From contig JBNKOC010000007.1 in assembly GCA_050294405.1 (NCBI GenBank), positions 96,001 through 160,000 on the forward strand: a stretch of DNA of 64,000 bases, in the 5' to 3' direction. The notes beneath the pieces were generated by a model. The model saw only the letters and a program-made list of their open reading frames with translations, was not told where the DNA came from and made no database searches. The translations under genes were made by a program, and so were the position numbers. The number at the start of each line of letters is the position of its first letter. Within the stretch, counting starts at the first letter, position 1. This stretch comes from Fibrobacteria bacterium (GTDB lineage Bacteria; Fibrobacterota; Fibrobacteria; UBA11236; JADFYW01). Of the stretch, positions 30,576 to 39,703 are shown piece after piece.

Positions 30576-31019
30576 TTATTTCAGCTCTAATGTGAATTTT
30601 TCGTGTGTATTAATAAATTTTTCTCTTTGATAAAAGCGATATGCTTCAGTCCGTTTTTTGTTGCATGTTACTTCCAGTTGCATAATTCCATTGTATTTAG
30701 CAACACGTTTTAGTTCGTCAATCATTTTTTTTCCGATTCCGGTTTTCCTATTTTCCGGAGTCACATACACCTCTTGGATTTCCGCAATTTTTTGCCCAGC
30801 GTGATGTAGCAAATTTTGAGAGTGGCAACTTACAAATCCAATAGGTTTGTTATTTACTTCCGCAATCAGATAGATATTATTTTTGTTCTTTATATTCTGA
30901 ACAAAAGCTTTTTTTTGACTTTCAAGTCTGAAAGTAGTCCCCTCTAATTCATTCACAAACTGATAAATAGAATCAAAATCGGTTTGGTTCGCTTTTCGGA
31001 TTGTTATTTGGTTTTGCAT
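30576..31019 (-). CDS. GNAT acetyltransferase (PhnO-like)
   Basis: LLHHAG, AEIQEVYV...RKTGIG, AYRFYQRE.F..TH.KF. Confidence 0.85.
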   Translation of the reverse strand: MQNQITIRKANQTDFDSIYQFVNELEGTTFRLESQKKAFVQNIKNKNNIYLIAEVNNKPIGFVSCHSQNLLHHAGQKIAEIQEVYVTPENRKTGIGKKMIDELKRVAKYNGIMQLEVTCNKKRTEAYRFYQREKFINTHEKFTLELK

Positions 31020-31115
31020 TCTGACCTAAGCGATAATTTCAATTATAGACATTTTTTAGTTTACACACATCGTGCTTGGCGATCGATATTGGCAACTGAC
31101 TTTTTCCATTTTTGA

Positions 31116-31502
31116 TTAAATTCCGATTACATATGATGTTATCGATTGTATTTTCTCAGCTTTTGCTCCTTTAAATTTATAAAAGTCCGAAAAGGCATAT
31201 TTCTTTCCGTTTTGCATTTTCATTATTCCGTTTGTTGCGCCTTCTTTCCCGTGCGATAAGATTTGGTCAATTGTTAACTCAGCAACCTTTTCGGATTTCA
31301 TTTTTTCCAATTCTTCTGTAAATTTTTCTTTTCCCTCAATGTTTTTGTCGCCAATTATATTCCAAACAATTTCATCTGTTACACTTCCGGTAATAAATTT
31401 AACCTCTCCTTTTGCAAAGGCAATATTGAATTTTTTTAGAAACTCCATTTTTGGAGAGTTTCCACAATTAGGGCTTGAAATAATTTTTGTCATTTGGTTC
31501 AA
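31116..31502 (-). CDS. NTF2/SnoaL-like protein
   Basis: CGNSPK, FNIAFAKG, WNIIGD, ILSHGKEGATNG. Confidence 0.8.
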   Translation of the reverse strand: MNQMTKIISSPNCGNSPKMEFLKKFNIAFAKGEVKFITGSVTDEIVWNIIGDKNIEGKEKFTEELEKMKSEKVAELTIDQILSHGKEGATNGIMKMQNGKKYAFSDFYKFKGAKAEKIQSITSYVIGI

Positions 31503-31559
31503 TTCTTTCGTTTTGTTTTTTCTGTAATAAACCTTTACTTGCTCATTGTGTTTGATTTA

Positions 31560-31937
31560 TTATTTTGAATACATCATTACTGCTTTTTCAACCTTCATCT
31601 CGTCATTGAAAAACAAATTTTCTACTACTTGTTTCTGTATTGACAAACTTTCGTAATAAATCGTCAAACAATTTATTCCGTAAAAAATGTTTATTATTCT
31701 GAATTGAAGGTCAGGGTTATTTTCTAATGCTTTTCCCCAATATGCACGAATGTTGTCTTTACCTTGTATAAAACCTTTTGTTTCGGGCAATCTTTTCATT
31801 GCCAGTGGTGTGTCCACAGAAAAGTCTTCTGTGTAATGCGATAGTATTTTTTCAAGGTCGTGTTCGTTCCAACCTGCAATCCATTCTTCCACAAAATGCT
31901 CTGCAAAAGTTTGGTCAATTAGTTTTCTTGGACCCAT
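31560..31937 (-). CDS. NTF2/SnoaL-like protein
   Basis: WIAGWNEHDLEKILSHY, GKDNIRAYWGKAL. Confidence 0.85.
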   Translation of the reverse strand: MGPRKLIDQTFAEHFVEEWIAGWNEHDLEKILSHYTEDFSVDTPLAMKRLPETKGFIQGKDNIRAYWGKALENNPDLQFRIINIFYGINCLTIYYESLSIQKQVVENLFFNDEMKVEKAVMMYSK

Positions 31938-31982
31938 TTTTTATTCTTTTCTATTCTTCCCAGATGACAATTTTTACCTGAC

Positions 31983-32113
31983 CGCCAACGATCTCGGTTA
32001 TGAGTAGTTGCGTGGGTTAGCACTTACTTTGGCAGGTACACACCAAACTGAAAATCCTTGCGGATTTTCAGAAGTAGGTGAGAACAAGCAATTACTTATA
32101 GCCATTGTTAGCG
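31983..32113 (-). repeat. attC-like site 7 (131 bp)
   Basis: Minus strand CGCTAAC ... GTTGGCG ends; 16-bp arms ggttatgagtagttgc / gcaattacttatagcc; inner hairpin ctgaaaatcc-ttgc-ggattttcag. Confidence 0.85.
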
Positions 32114-32169
32114 GTTTGTTGTTTTTTTTGTTTGTTTTTCATTGCAATACTTTTTTTAATCTTTGTCAG

Positions 32170-32595
32170 TCAAGTTGTCCGCTTAACTCCATCTTTTATG
32201 GCTGCTTCAAGTATGTCAATATTTATGCCTTTCAGCGTTTTAAATTTAATGCAGTAGCCTGTTACACTCGCTTTGCCTATTGCTTTTCCATAGGTTTCTG
32301 GTAAATATTTTTTGTCTTTTATACCCATAATATAAACCGAAATTCCTGTTGTATTTCCACTAACACCAATTTGATAATAGTCTTTGGTTTTTCCGTTTGC
32401 ATATTTTGTGGCCTGAAGTCCATATCCTATTTGAGGATTAGTTACTATTTTACCTTTTTCATCTTTTCCGTCTAAGAACCATAATTTACATTTTGGCATT
32501 ATTTTAAGTATGCGTTTATGCAACTCTTCAATTTCAGCATGTTTTGGTTCAGGCTGGCTGTCAATATATTTTTTGATTTGCTCTTGCATGTTCAT
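32170..32595 (-). CDS. DUF1801 family protein (cassette 7)
   Basis: LWFLDGK, NPQIGYG, GKASVTGYCIKFK. Confidence 0.8.
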   Translation of the reverse strand: MNMQEQIKKYIDSQPEPKHAEIEELHKRILKIMPKCKLWFLDGKDEKGKIVTNPQIGYGLQATKYANGKTKDYYQIGVSGNTTGISVYIMGIKDKKYLPETYGKAIGKASVTGYCIKFKTLKGINIDILEAAIKDGVKRTT

Positions 32596-32636
32596 ATTTC
32601 AAGTTCCTGATGATTTTAGTGATGGTTTGCAATGAC

Positions 32637-32760
32637 CGCTAACGGTTTGCGTGTTGCCGCAGTTAGCGATTTCGGAGCTTCAACTTGTCAAACCGTTACA
32701 ATTTTTATTAAATGTACAAAGGTTTAAATTACCCACATCCCCCGGCTTACGTATATTGCG
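32637..32760 (-). repeat. Degenerate/chimeric attC-like site 6
   Basis: cgctaac core and the shared loop consensus (aacttgtcaaacc...aattacccac) are present; arms do not pair and the far GTT core is missing. Confidence 0.6.
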
Positions 32761-32789
32761 TAGCCGCTGACAATTTCCGTGCACCAATT

Positions 32790-32981
32790 TCATATTAAAC
32801 ATATTATAATCGAAATCATTACAAATCCTATTGTATGATACAATCCTGTTATTAATCCATATAATTTTGGATTACTCATTTTCGGTGTTACTGGTGAAAA
32901 CCAAAGTCCGCCAAATATAAAATATACTATCGAAGCGATAATAATCCCAAGCCAGTTTAAGTCAAAAAAATTTATTGCCAT
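32790..32981 (-). pseudogene. DUF1761-like membrane protein remnant with internal in-frame deletion
   Basis: N-terminal NWLGIIIA...GGLWFSP joined directly to C-terminal LITGLYH...; only about 63 aa. Confidence 0.55.
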
Positions 32982-33001
32982 AATTCCATTTTTTATCAAA
33001 T

Positions 33002-33412
33002 CTATGCTTTTTTAGACCTCATTGCTTTCAAAACCTTTATTTTTTTATCGTCTTTAAGTCTTAAATAATCATCTGAGTTTTGAGCTATCAAGGCTATCCG
33101 ACCATCATTATCACTATGCACACCCCATCCATACCTTTTTGTCAGCGGGGATGAACGAAAGCAAGGTTGTCCTTTGGAAAAGAATTTCTCTTTTTCTAAG
33201 TCCATATCAGCTTGATTAATTCCGTTTTTTATTGCAAAAACTTGAAATAGAACCTCATCCGATGTGAACTTATATGGATTCTGACTAATCAAATCGAACT
33301 GTATGTTTGCAACTGTCAACTTTTCTCCTTTTTGAGGAGGAATCTCAGATTTTGTTGCTGGGCAATCATCCGCAATCTCGATAAATGTATTATAATAATT
33401 TGTTGTTTTCAT
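33002..33412 (-). CDS. DUF6157-like protein (cassette 6)
   Basis: TTNYYNTFIEIADDCP, FFSKGQPCFRSSPLTKRYGWGVH, KAMRSK. Confidence 0.75.
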   Translation of the reverse strand: MKTTNYYNTFIEIADDCPATKSEIPPQKGEKLTVANIQFDLISQNPYKFTSDEVLFQVFAIKNGINQADMDLEKEKFFSKGQPCFRSSPLTKRYGWGVHSDNDGRIALIAQNSDDYLRLKDDKKIKVLKAMRSKKA

Positions 33413-33445
33413 AGTATCAATTTAGCAGTTCGTTGTTTTGTTTGC

Positions 33446-33549
33446 CACTAACGGATGGCAATATGCGGAGGCCGGGATTTCGAAGTTCCAACTTATCAAA
33501 TCACAATACAGTTTATTAAATATTTAAGGTTCAAAAGTAATACTACACA
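33446..33549 (-). repeat. Truncated attC-like site 5
   Basis: cactaac core, one arm (gcaatatgcggaggccggg) and the loop consensus are present; the second arm and core are replaced by the MFS-GNAT stop codon. Confidence 0.6.
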
Positions 33550-35469
33550 TCACATTAAATTACTAACCGAATAGCTTTTTAGGTTTCCGTGTGTTATGAA
33601 CCCTAATTTAGAGTAAATATGTTCGCCTGACTCTGAGGCAACTAATACGACCTGTTTACTTTTATTTTCGAACGATTCAAACAGTAACTTATTAGTCATG
33701 ATTTTGCCCAAGCCAAGCCCCCTGTATTCTGGAGTAGTTCCAATCATATGTAATCCGGAAATTCCTTTTTTGTCCAGTAATACCATTCCGCAACTTGCAT
33801 AATTGTTACGATGCTTCCCAATAAATAATTTTAGTTGAGAGGAATTAATTAAAGAAATAATGGTAGATGAAAGAATTTCATAGCCAAAAGAAAGTGAAGC
33901 TATTTTGGCGAACTCAATAGCTTTAACTTCATTGTCAACTTTCCCAATAGAAGCAAAATCATGAATGGGTTTGTTCTTTTTCGTTAAGTTTAAGTACATC
34001 CCCTTTACAATAGATTTTAATTTAAAGTTGTGTGCTAATAATTGAGTTTCTAAAACTTCATTTTCAAGAATGGAGATAGAATCAGGGATGTTTCCATTTT
34101 TTATTTTCTGATATAATTCCTTAAAATTTATTTCTGATTCCTTTAGTTTAAAAACCTTGCTTGGCCAGGAATAATTATCTGGTTTAACATAGCAGTATTG
34201 TTCTTTAACGTGCAGAAATTGACCATTAGAGCCGATATGCTGCCATAATTCAAATAGATTGTCGATGATGTGATCTTTCATATTTAATGTGTAATTCGAA
34301 GAATTAATCATTAGTATGGAAACAACTCCTACTGCCAAAAAAGCTATGACGATAGGTACTATTGAGTCTGTATAAAAACTTCCAATAAAAATAGATAAAG
34401 GCACCGAGATAATCGTGGATATTGCTCCTACCACAGATGCACCCAATCCCGCAATATGCCCCAATGGCTTCATTGCCATAGCATTTAAATTGCCTATTAA
34501 AAGCCCATAACTGAAAAGCTGGACGAACATAAAAACCACAAATATCCAAAATGGAATAGTCATAAAATAATTGATAAGTAATAGGGGGATGGTAAAACTT
34601 ATGCTACCGATAATAGCCAATCGAGTTATTGTTTTTACTCCCAAACGATTGACTAATTTCCCGTTGATGTATGATGCTAAACCAATGCTTAATGCTAAAA
34701 ATGCAAAATAATAAGGATATTGTTCCCCTAAATGATATTGAAATTCAAATACAACCTGCGAAAGATTTAGATAGGCAATAAATACTCCCGAATAAAGCCC
34801 AAGAACCAAGATATAGCTCAGTGATGATTTATTTTTAAGGATTTCCTCAGTGGCCTCTCTTAAATGTTTTAAGGTGAATTTCTTTCGTTTTACTTTTGGC
34901 AAAGTCTCAGGCATCCTGAATTTGAACAACAGAAATATTAGGACTGCAAAACCGATATAAATCGCAAATAGGGCTCTCCAGTTCAATGCGCTTATGATGG
35001 ATCTTCCAAAGATCGGGGACACTATTGGAGTCACCATATAAATCACCATTATAAAGGAAACGGCCCTTGCCATTTGAACGCCTTCAAACTTATCCCTCAC
35101 TATTGCCAAACTTATTACCCTTGGAGCTCCTAAACCAAGACCCTGCATAACTTGGCCTACTAGCAAAACAGTCAGGTTGCTTGATTGCCAGGAGATAATA
35201 CAGCCTATAACAAATAGCACTAACCCAATATAAATGGTAGGTTTGCGTCCAATGCTATCAGAAAATGAACCATATAATAATTGGCTTATTCCTAACCCCA
35301 GATATAACAAAGAGATACTCGAATGTATTTGGTTTTTGTCCTTTAATTGAAAGTCTGTGGAAATACTCTGAAAAGCGGGTAAGAGCATATTAATGGTAAC
35401 AGATACCAATGCCATAAGTAATGCTATTAATACAATAAATTCAATGAAACGAATCTCTTTGCCATTCAT
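33550..35469 (-). CDS. Bcr/CflA-type MFS transporter fused in frame to a GNAT acetyltransferase (cassette 5)
   Basis: GSFSDSIGRKP, AIVRDKFEG..MAR, about 12 TM; then MKDHIIDNLFELW... with EYRGLGLG and IYSKLGF. Confidence 0.82.
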   Translation of the reverse strand: MNGKEIRFIEFIVLIALLMALVSVTINMLLPAFQSISTDFQLKDKNQIHSSISLLYLGLGISQLLYGSFSDSIGRKPTIYIGLVLFVIGCIISWQSSNLTVLLVGQVMQGLGLGAPRVISLAIVRDKFEGVQMARAVSFIMVIYMVTPIVSPIFGRSIISALNWRALFAIYIGFAVLIFLLFKFRMPETLPKVKRKKFTLKHLREATEEILKNKSSLSYILVLGLYSGVFIAYLNLSQVVFEFQYHLGEQYPYYFAFLALSIGLASYINGKLVNRLGVKTITRLAIIGSISFTIPLLLINYFMTIPFWIFVVFMFVQLFSYGLLIGNLNAMAMKPLGHIAGLGASVVGAISTIISVPLSIFIGSFYTDSIVPIVIAFLAVGVVSILMINSSNYTLNMKDHIIDNLFELWQHIGSNGQFLHVKEQYCYVKPDNYSWPSKVFKLKESEINFKELYQKIKNGNIPDSISILENEVLETQLLAHNFKLKSIVKGMYLNLTKKNKPIHDFASIGKVDNEVKAIEFAKIASLSFGYEILSSTIISLINSSQLKLFIGKHRNNYASCGMVLLDKKGISGLHMIGTTPEYRGLGLGKIMTNKLLFESFENKSKQVVLVASESGEHIYSKLGFITHGNLKSYSVSNLM

Positions 35470-35473
35470 ATGA

Positions 35474-35518
35474 CAAAGGTATGAATTGATTTGGCCGATT
35501 TCCTTAATCTGGATTAAG
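35474..35518 (-). promoter_or_regulatory. Bacteroidota-type -7 element plus Crp/Fnr-like palindrome upstream of the MFS gene
   Basis: Minus strand TACCTTTG (TAnnTTTG) at 35481-35474; palindrome CTTAAT-ctgg-ATTAAG at 35503-35518, immediately after the Crp/Fnr gene. Confidence 0.55.
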
Positions 35519-35521
35519 AAA

Positions 35522-36097
35522 TCATTTTTTGACTAGCTGATTTCTCACCTTACTTAGATGTTCGGGGCTAAGATTAAGATAAGAAGCAATTATATATTGA
35601 GGAACACGATTTTCAATATGTCCATATTTCCTCCTAAATTCCAAATAACGTTCTTCTGCTGATTGGTTAAGTTGTCTAAAAGCTCTATTGTACAATCTTG
35701 TGTAAGACTGCTCTAGCTTTATACGAGCAAACCTCTCTATTGAAGGAACTTCTTTAAAAAGATTTTCAAAATCATTCCGGTGAATCTGGAGTATGGTTGT
35801 ATTTTCTAACGTCTCAATATGGTTTTCACTAGGAGTCTGTGTGTAATAGCTATAAAGGTCATTAACCCACATTTTTTCAATTCCTATTTGTGTCGTCACC
35901 TCTTTTCCATGTTTATCAATGGTGTAAACCCTAACGAGCCCTTCTTCTATAAACCGAAGGTGATTAGATGCTTTTCCAATGCAAGGAATGAAATTTGATT
36001 TGCTGAAGGTTTTGGAATGAAATTGAGCAATTACTTTCTCTAAATCAACGTCATTTACATCAATGGTTGCCTTTATGTCCTTTATTAGATTTTTCAT
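35522..36097 (-). CDS. Crp/Fnr family regulator (cassette 5)
   Basis: FIEEGLVRVY, SAEERYLEF, VPQYIIASYLNLSPEHLSKVR. Confidence 0.9.
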   Translation of the reverse strand: MKNLIKDIKATIDVNDVDLEKVIAQFHSKTFSKSNFIPCIGKASNHLRFIEEGLVRVYTIDKHGKEVTTQIGIEKMWVNDLYSYYTQTPSENHIETLENTTILQIHRNDFENLFKEVPSIERFARIKLEQSYTRLYNRAFRQLNQSAEERYLEFRRKYGHIENRVPQYIIASYLNLSPEHLSKVRNQLVKK

Positions 36098-36105
36098 TTA
36101 ATGTA

Positions 36106-36237
36106 TTACAACGTTTATTGTAAGGTGTCGTAAGGGGTTGCGGGCATCTTTACTGTCAAACCGCTACGCAGTTTGAGCGGGATACAAACCTTGAAATTAA
36201 GTACTTTACCTGCCATTACTTATACAAAATGTTGGCG
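36106..36237 (-). repeat. attC-like site 4 (132 bp, hybrid arms)
   Basis: ttacaac ... gttggcg cores; right ~80 bp nearly identical to attC1; left arm different. Confidence 0.75.
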
Positions 36238-36668
36238 GTTCGTTGTTTTTCCTCAGTCATTATAGCTTTTTCTATTTCAATCATTATTCTATTCCAATAC
36301 GATTTCATTTCTTTTCTCTGGTTTTCGTCTATAAGTTTTTCTTGATGAAAAATAATTGTTGCTTTTTCACTATTGCCAATTACACGAACTTGAACAGTTG
36401 ATATATTACCCCAATTTTTCTTTTTCCAAGTCATGCGTATATGAGAATTCGGCGTAAAGACTCTCACAAGTCCTTCAATTCCGTCTTTAGTTTTATAGGC
36501 TTTTTTGATTTCCAATTCACCTTCAAGTTTTCCAAGCCAAAGTTTTAAACCTTTATCTGAAAACATAAAGTCCCATAAGTATTCCTGTGAATACGGAAAC
36601 GTTTTTCTCAGTCCAAACTGCCAACCAACATCTTTAGTAAATCCAACCTGTTTATCTTGATTTTTCAT
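36216..36668 (-). CDS. SRPBCC/AHSA1-like protein (cassette 4); stop codon lies inside attC4
   Basis: VGFTKDVGWQFGLRKT, FHQEKL...R.EMK.YW. Confidence 0.75.
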   Translation of the reverse strand: MKNQDKQVGFTKDVGWQFGLRKTFPYSQEYLWDFMFSDKGLKLWLGKLEGELEIKKAYKTKDGIEGLVRVFTPNSHIRMTWKKKNWGNISTVQVRVIGNSEKATIIFHQEKLIDENQRKEMKSYWNRIMIEIEKAIMTEEKQRTANILYK

Positions 36669-36679
36669 AATTAAAACTG

Positions 36680-37090
36680 CTATTTTTCAGGAATGAATGC
36701 CGTTGCATCAATCTCAACTAAAAAATCTGGGTTTGCCAAACCCGCAACAATAAGAACAGAAATTGCAGGTGAATTTTCCATCTGTCCAAGATATTTTTGA
36801 GAAGCCTGAAAACCGATATATAAATCCTGTCCTTGAACCATATATATAGTTAGTTTTATAATATTGTCAAAGGTCGCCCCACATGCTGATAGTGCAGTTC
36901 GTAAATTCTCCATTACCTGCTCTGTCTGTCTTCCAATGTCTCCCTTACCAACTATTTCTCCTTGTGCATTTACTGAATCTTGTCCACCGATATAGATTGT
37001 TGTTCCATTTCCTTATGTTGTCACAACTTGAGAAAAAGCAGGATTTCTGAAAAGTTTGTCAGGGTTGAAATGTTTTATATGTTCTTTCAT
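36680..37090 (-). pseudogene. RidA/YjgF family gene with in-frame TAA at codon 26 (cassette 4)
   Basis: Hand translation from ATG 37090: MKEHIKHFNPDKLFRNPAFSQVVTT*GNGTTIYIGGQD..., in frame with ORF 36680-36913 (LANPDFLVEIDATA). Confidence 0.8.
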
Positions 37091-37134
37091 TTATTCAATT
37101 TTTTAATGTATGTATTCATGTCGCTCTACAATAC

Positions 37135-37266
37135 CGCTAACGTTTTGCGGGTTTTAGAAGTGCGGGAATTCGGAGCACAAACTTGTCCCCCAGCACAAAA
37201 GTTTGATAGATGCACAATTGTTCAATTACCCACTTCACTCCGCATTTCTTAAACCCGCTGTTAGCT
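37135..37266 (-). repeat. attC-like site 3 (132 bp)
   Basis: cgctaac ... gttagct cores; 19-bp arms gcgggttttagaagtgcgg / ccgcatttcttaaacccgc. Confidence 0.85.
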
Positions 37267-37286
37267 GTAGTTCTCATCCCCAAATG

Positions 37287-38564
37287 TCACACGAAGTCAG
37301 GATTTTTTGTCCTGTAGAATTCTGTATACTTTAATTTATTTATTATTTCAAGAGCTAATTCTTTTTCAACCTTATCTTGGATGATTTTTTTTAAGTTAAG
37401 TAAGATAAAATCTAAAGAACTTGTTCTATGAACTATTGGAGTTCTTGTTAAACCATCCGCAAGTAATTGTAAAATATTTTTTCTTGATGATGAACCCCAT
37501 TCATTTTGAAAACTATTTTGTTCTGTCAAATGACCCCAAGTAATGGCGGTATTGTTTGTTCCAGTGAGTTCCGTAATGCTGTATCCTTTTCCTGTATGGT
37601 CAATGTTTGTCATCCAAGGTGAACTTAATGATGAATTGTTCAGTTCTAATTTCGCTGCTTGAATAAACAATCCCTCTTTTATATCTAAGTTTATATTGTT
37701 CCCGTACTTTAGTTTTAGTGGTAAAATTATTTTACTGTTTATTTTGTCAGCAAGTTCAGGAAAGAACGAAGCATGTGGTTGAGGAACTAAAGGGTAATTG
37801 TCTTTAAAATGCGCAAGTCTTGGACGAAATGAAATGAAAGAAATACCTCCCTGTGATTTGTCAATTAGGTAATCTAATTTTTTATAAATTGCAGTAATCT
37901 CTGTATCTGGAAGATTTGCACTAAGTGTGAAGCCAACTCCAAACCCCGTATAAGAAATTGACTTTGCGACAATAGCTGCATTTATTATATTTTCTGAAAC
38001 AGTTTTAAATTCAGATTCTTCAAGAAGATAAGTTTTTGAATATTGCTCTGCTGTTCCAGCATCTAAACTAATACGAAAAAAGTCAGGGTTTCTAAGAAAT
38101 AATTCTTTTGCAAGTTTAGGAGTAAGTAACAATCCGTTAGTGAATAAAGCCCACTTTAAAGAATAATTATTTATAATTTGAGTAATCTGAACTATTTGAG
38201 GATGAAGTAAAGGTTCTCCACCACCAGTTAAAATAATTGATTTTACTTTTGCCTCTTTTAACTCATGAACTATCCTTTTGCAATCGTTAAGTTTAAATAA
38301 TTTTAGTTCGTTCGTTGAGTCCGCTTCATCTCTTGCACCTGATAAACGGTTTGGACATAGCGGACACCTTGCATTGCATGATAGGCTTGGCCATAATTCT
38401 ACTGTAACAGGATTGATCGCATGATTATTACCTGTAATAAATTGTAGAAGCCTGTCGCTATGTTGAAAAATTCTCAATCCATCATAAGCAATATGCGATT
38501 TCCCTTGTATGGTAACATACTTTGTTAAATCAATTATTTCATTTGTTATCCTTGATGTTGTCAT
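37287..38564 (-). CDS. Radical SAM enzyme (cassette 3, gene 4)
   Basis: PVTVELWPSLSCNARCPLCP (CX3CX2C), LTGGGEPLLHP, FTNG, RISLDAG. Confidence 0.88.
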   Translation of the reverse strand: MTTSRITNEIIDLTKYVTIQGKSHIAYDGLRIFQHSDRLLQFITGNNHAINPVTVELWPSLSCNARCPLCPNRLSGARDEADSTNELKLFKLNDCKRIVHELKEAKVKSIILTGGGEPLLHPQIVQITQIINNYSLKWALFTNGLLLTPKLAKELFLRNPDFFRISLDAGTAEQYSKTYLLEESEFKTVSENIINAAIVAKSISYTGFGVGFTLSANLPDTEITAIYKKLDYLIDKSQGGISFISFRPRLAHFKDNYPLVPQPHASFFPELADKINSKIILPLKLKYGNNINLDIKEGLFIQAAKLELNNSSLSSPWMTNIDHTGKGYSITELTGTNNTAITWGHLTEQNSFQNEWGSSSRKNILQLLADGLTRTPIVHRTSSLDFILLNLKKIIQDKVEKELALEIINKLKYTEFYRTKNPDFV

Positions 38565-38566
38565 TG

Positions 38567-39703
38567 TTATGATGGTATCAATACAAGTCCGTTTTCCTTC
38601 AAATAGTTTTTACCAAATTCCCCACTGTTACCTAAAGAATTCAAAAGAGAATCACTCTTCTCAAATAAGCTCCAACCTAGACTTTTAAATTTCTCAATCC
38701 AGTATTCTTTTGGTCTGCAATTGACATGGAAATATCCTATTTGTTCAGGTGTTGCAGCGGAAAAGAAGATCACTTTTTTGCAATTTGATATTATTGTCTT
38801 TATTACATTATCCTCAAACTCCGAAGGAATATGCTCACATACCTCTACGCTCCAAACCAAATCAAATTTTGCAGGTAGATTCAACCATTGATAAATAAAA
38901 TCAATCTGAATAATTTGTTCCTTGTTAGGAATATCATTTTTGAAAATAGCTTGATTCCCTTCTAATCCCCAACAATCAATTCCGAACTCTTTAAACAATC
39001 CAATTGATAAACCCAATCCGCAACCAACATCTAATGCGGTTTTTACTTCAAAGGTTGCTTTTAAATGTTTAACGAGTTCTTCATCCCACTCAATTGCATT
39101 TTTAAAATGCCCGCCTAAATACGGCTTACTTGAAACAGGAAAGTTCTCAATTAAATTTATTCTGCTTTGAGGTTTACTTCTTTTCAAAAAATCAAGAATG
39201 AGATTATTTGCTTCAATGGGTTTAATAATTTCCGTGTCTATTTTGAACCATTTTGTAAATCTGCTTATCTCTAACCATTCTTCAAGTGCAGATATACTTC
39301 CATAACACCGAGCAATATAATTTTCAGGCACTTGATAAGTTCTTTTCTTGTTGCGTTCTAATAAGGATTTAAGAGGACAATTTGATAAAACGATTAAATG
39401 AAAATCATCTAAGTTTAGCTGTTTTGTTTTAAGTAATGAAAGGTAATCGTGGTGAGGAAATTCAATAATTGAGTTATTCTTCTTAGATGATTCAATTCCT
39501 TTAGATAAAAAAGTATCGGTAACATTTGCAATAAAATCGTCTGTCAATATGCCTGTTTGATTTAGTTTTTTTGCTGTTTCAATAATAAAATCGTCCAAAT
39601 TATAATGCACAAATTTATACTCACTAACTTTCAATAGCTCTTTGATTATTGAACTTTTCCCAGATGCAGGCGTACCTATTAAAAGAATTCTTACATTAGT
39701 CAT
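38567..39703 (-). CDS. P-loop (nucleoside/nucleotide) kinase-like domain fused to class I SAM methyltransferase (cassette 3, gene 3)
   Basis: GTPASGKS Walker A, lid ERNKKR; LDVGCGLG, FDLVWSVEVCEHI, HVNC. Confidence 0.8.
   Translation of the reverse strand: MTNVRILLIGTPASGKSSIIKELLKVSEYKFVHYNLDDFIIETAKKLNQTGILTDDFIANVTDTFLSKGIESSKKNNSIIEFPHHDYLSLLKTKQLNLDDFHLIVLSNCPLKSLLERNKKRTYQVPENYIARCYGSISALEEWLEISRFTKWFKIDTEIIKPIEANNLILDFLKRSKPQSRINLIENFPVSSKPYLGGHFKNAIEWDEELVKHLKATFEVKTALDVGCGLGLSIGLFKEFGIDCWGLEGNQAIFKNDIPNKEQIIQIDFIYQWLNLPAKFDLVWSVEVCEHIPSEFEDNVIKTIISNCKKVIFFSAATPEQIGYFHVNCRPKEYWIEKFKSLGWSLFEKSDSLLNSLGNSGEFGKNYLKENGLVLIPS

Noticed and set aside
32008..32304. 98-aa plus-strand ORF
   Set aside because: Overlaps attC7 and is antisense to the DUF1801 gene
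37013..37015. Stop-codon reassignment or programmed readthrough
   Set aside because: Single instance; TAA terminates many other genes normally in this window
36980..37252. 90-aa plus-strand ORF
   Set aside because: Antisense to the RidA pseudogene and spans attC3
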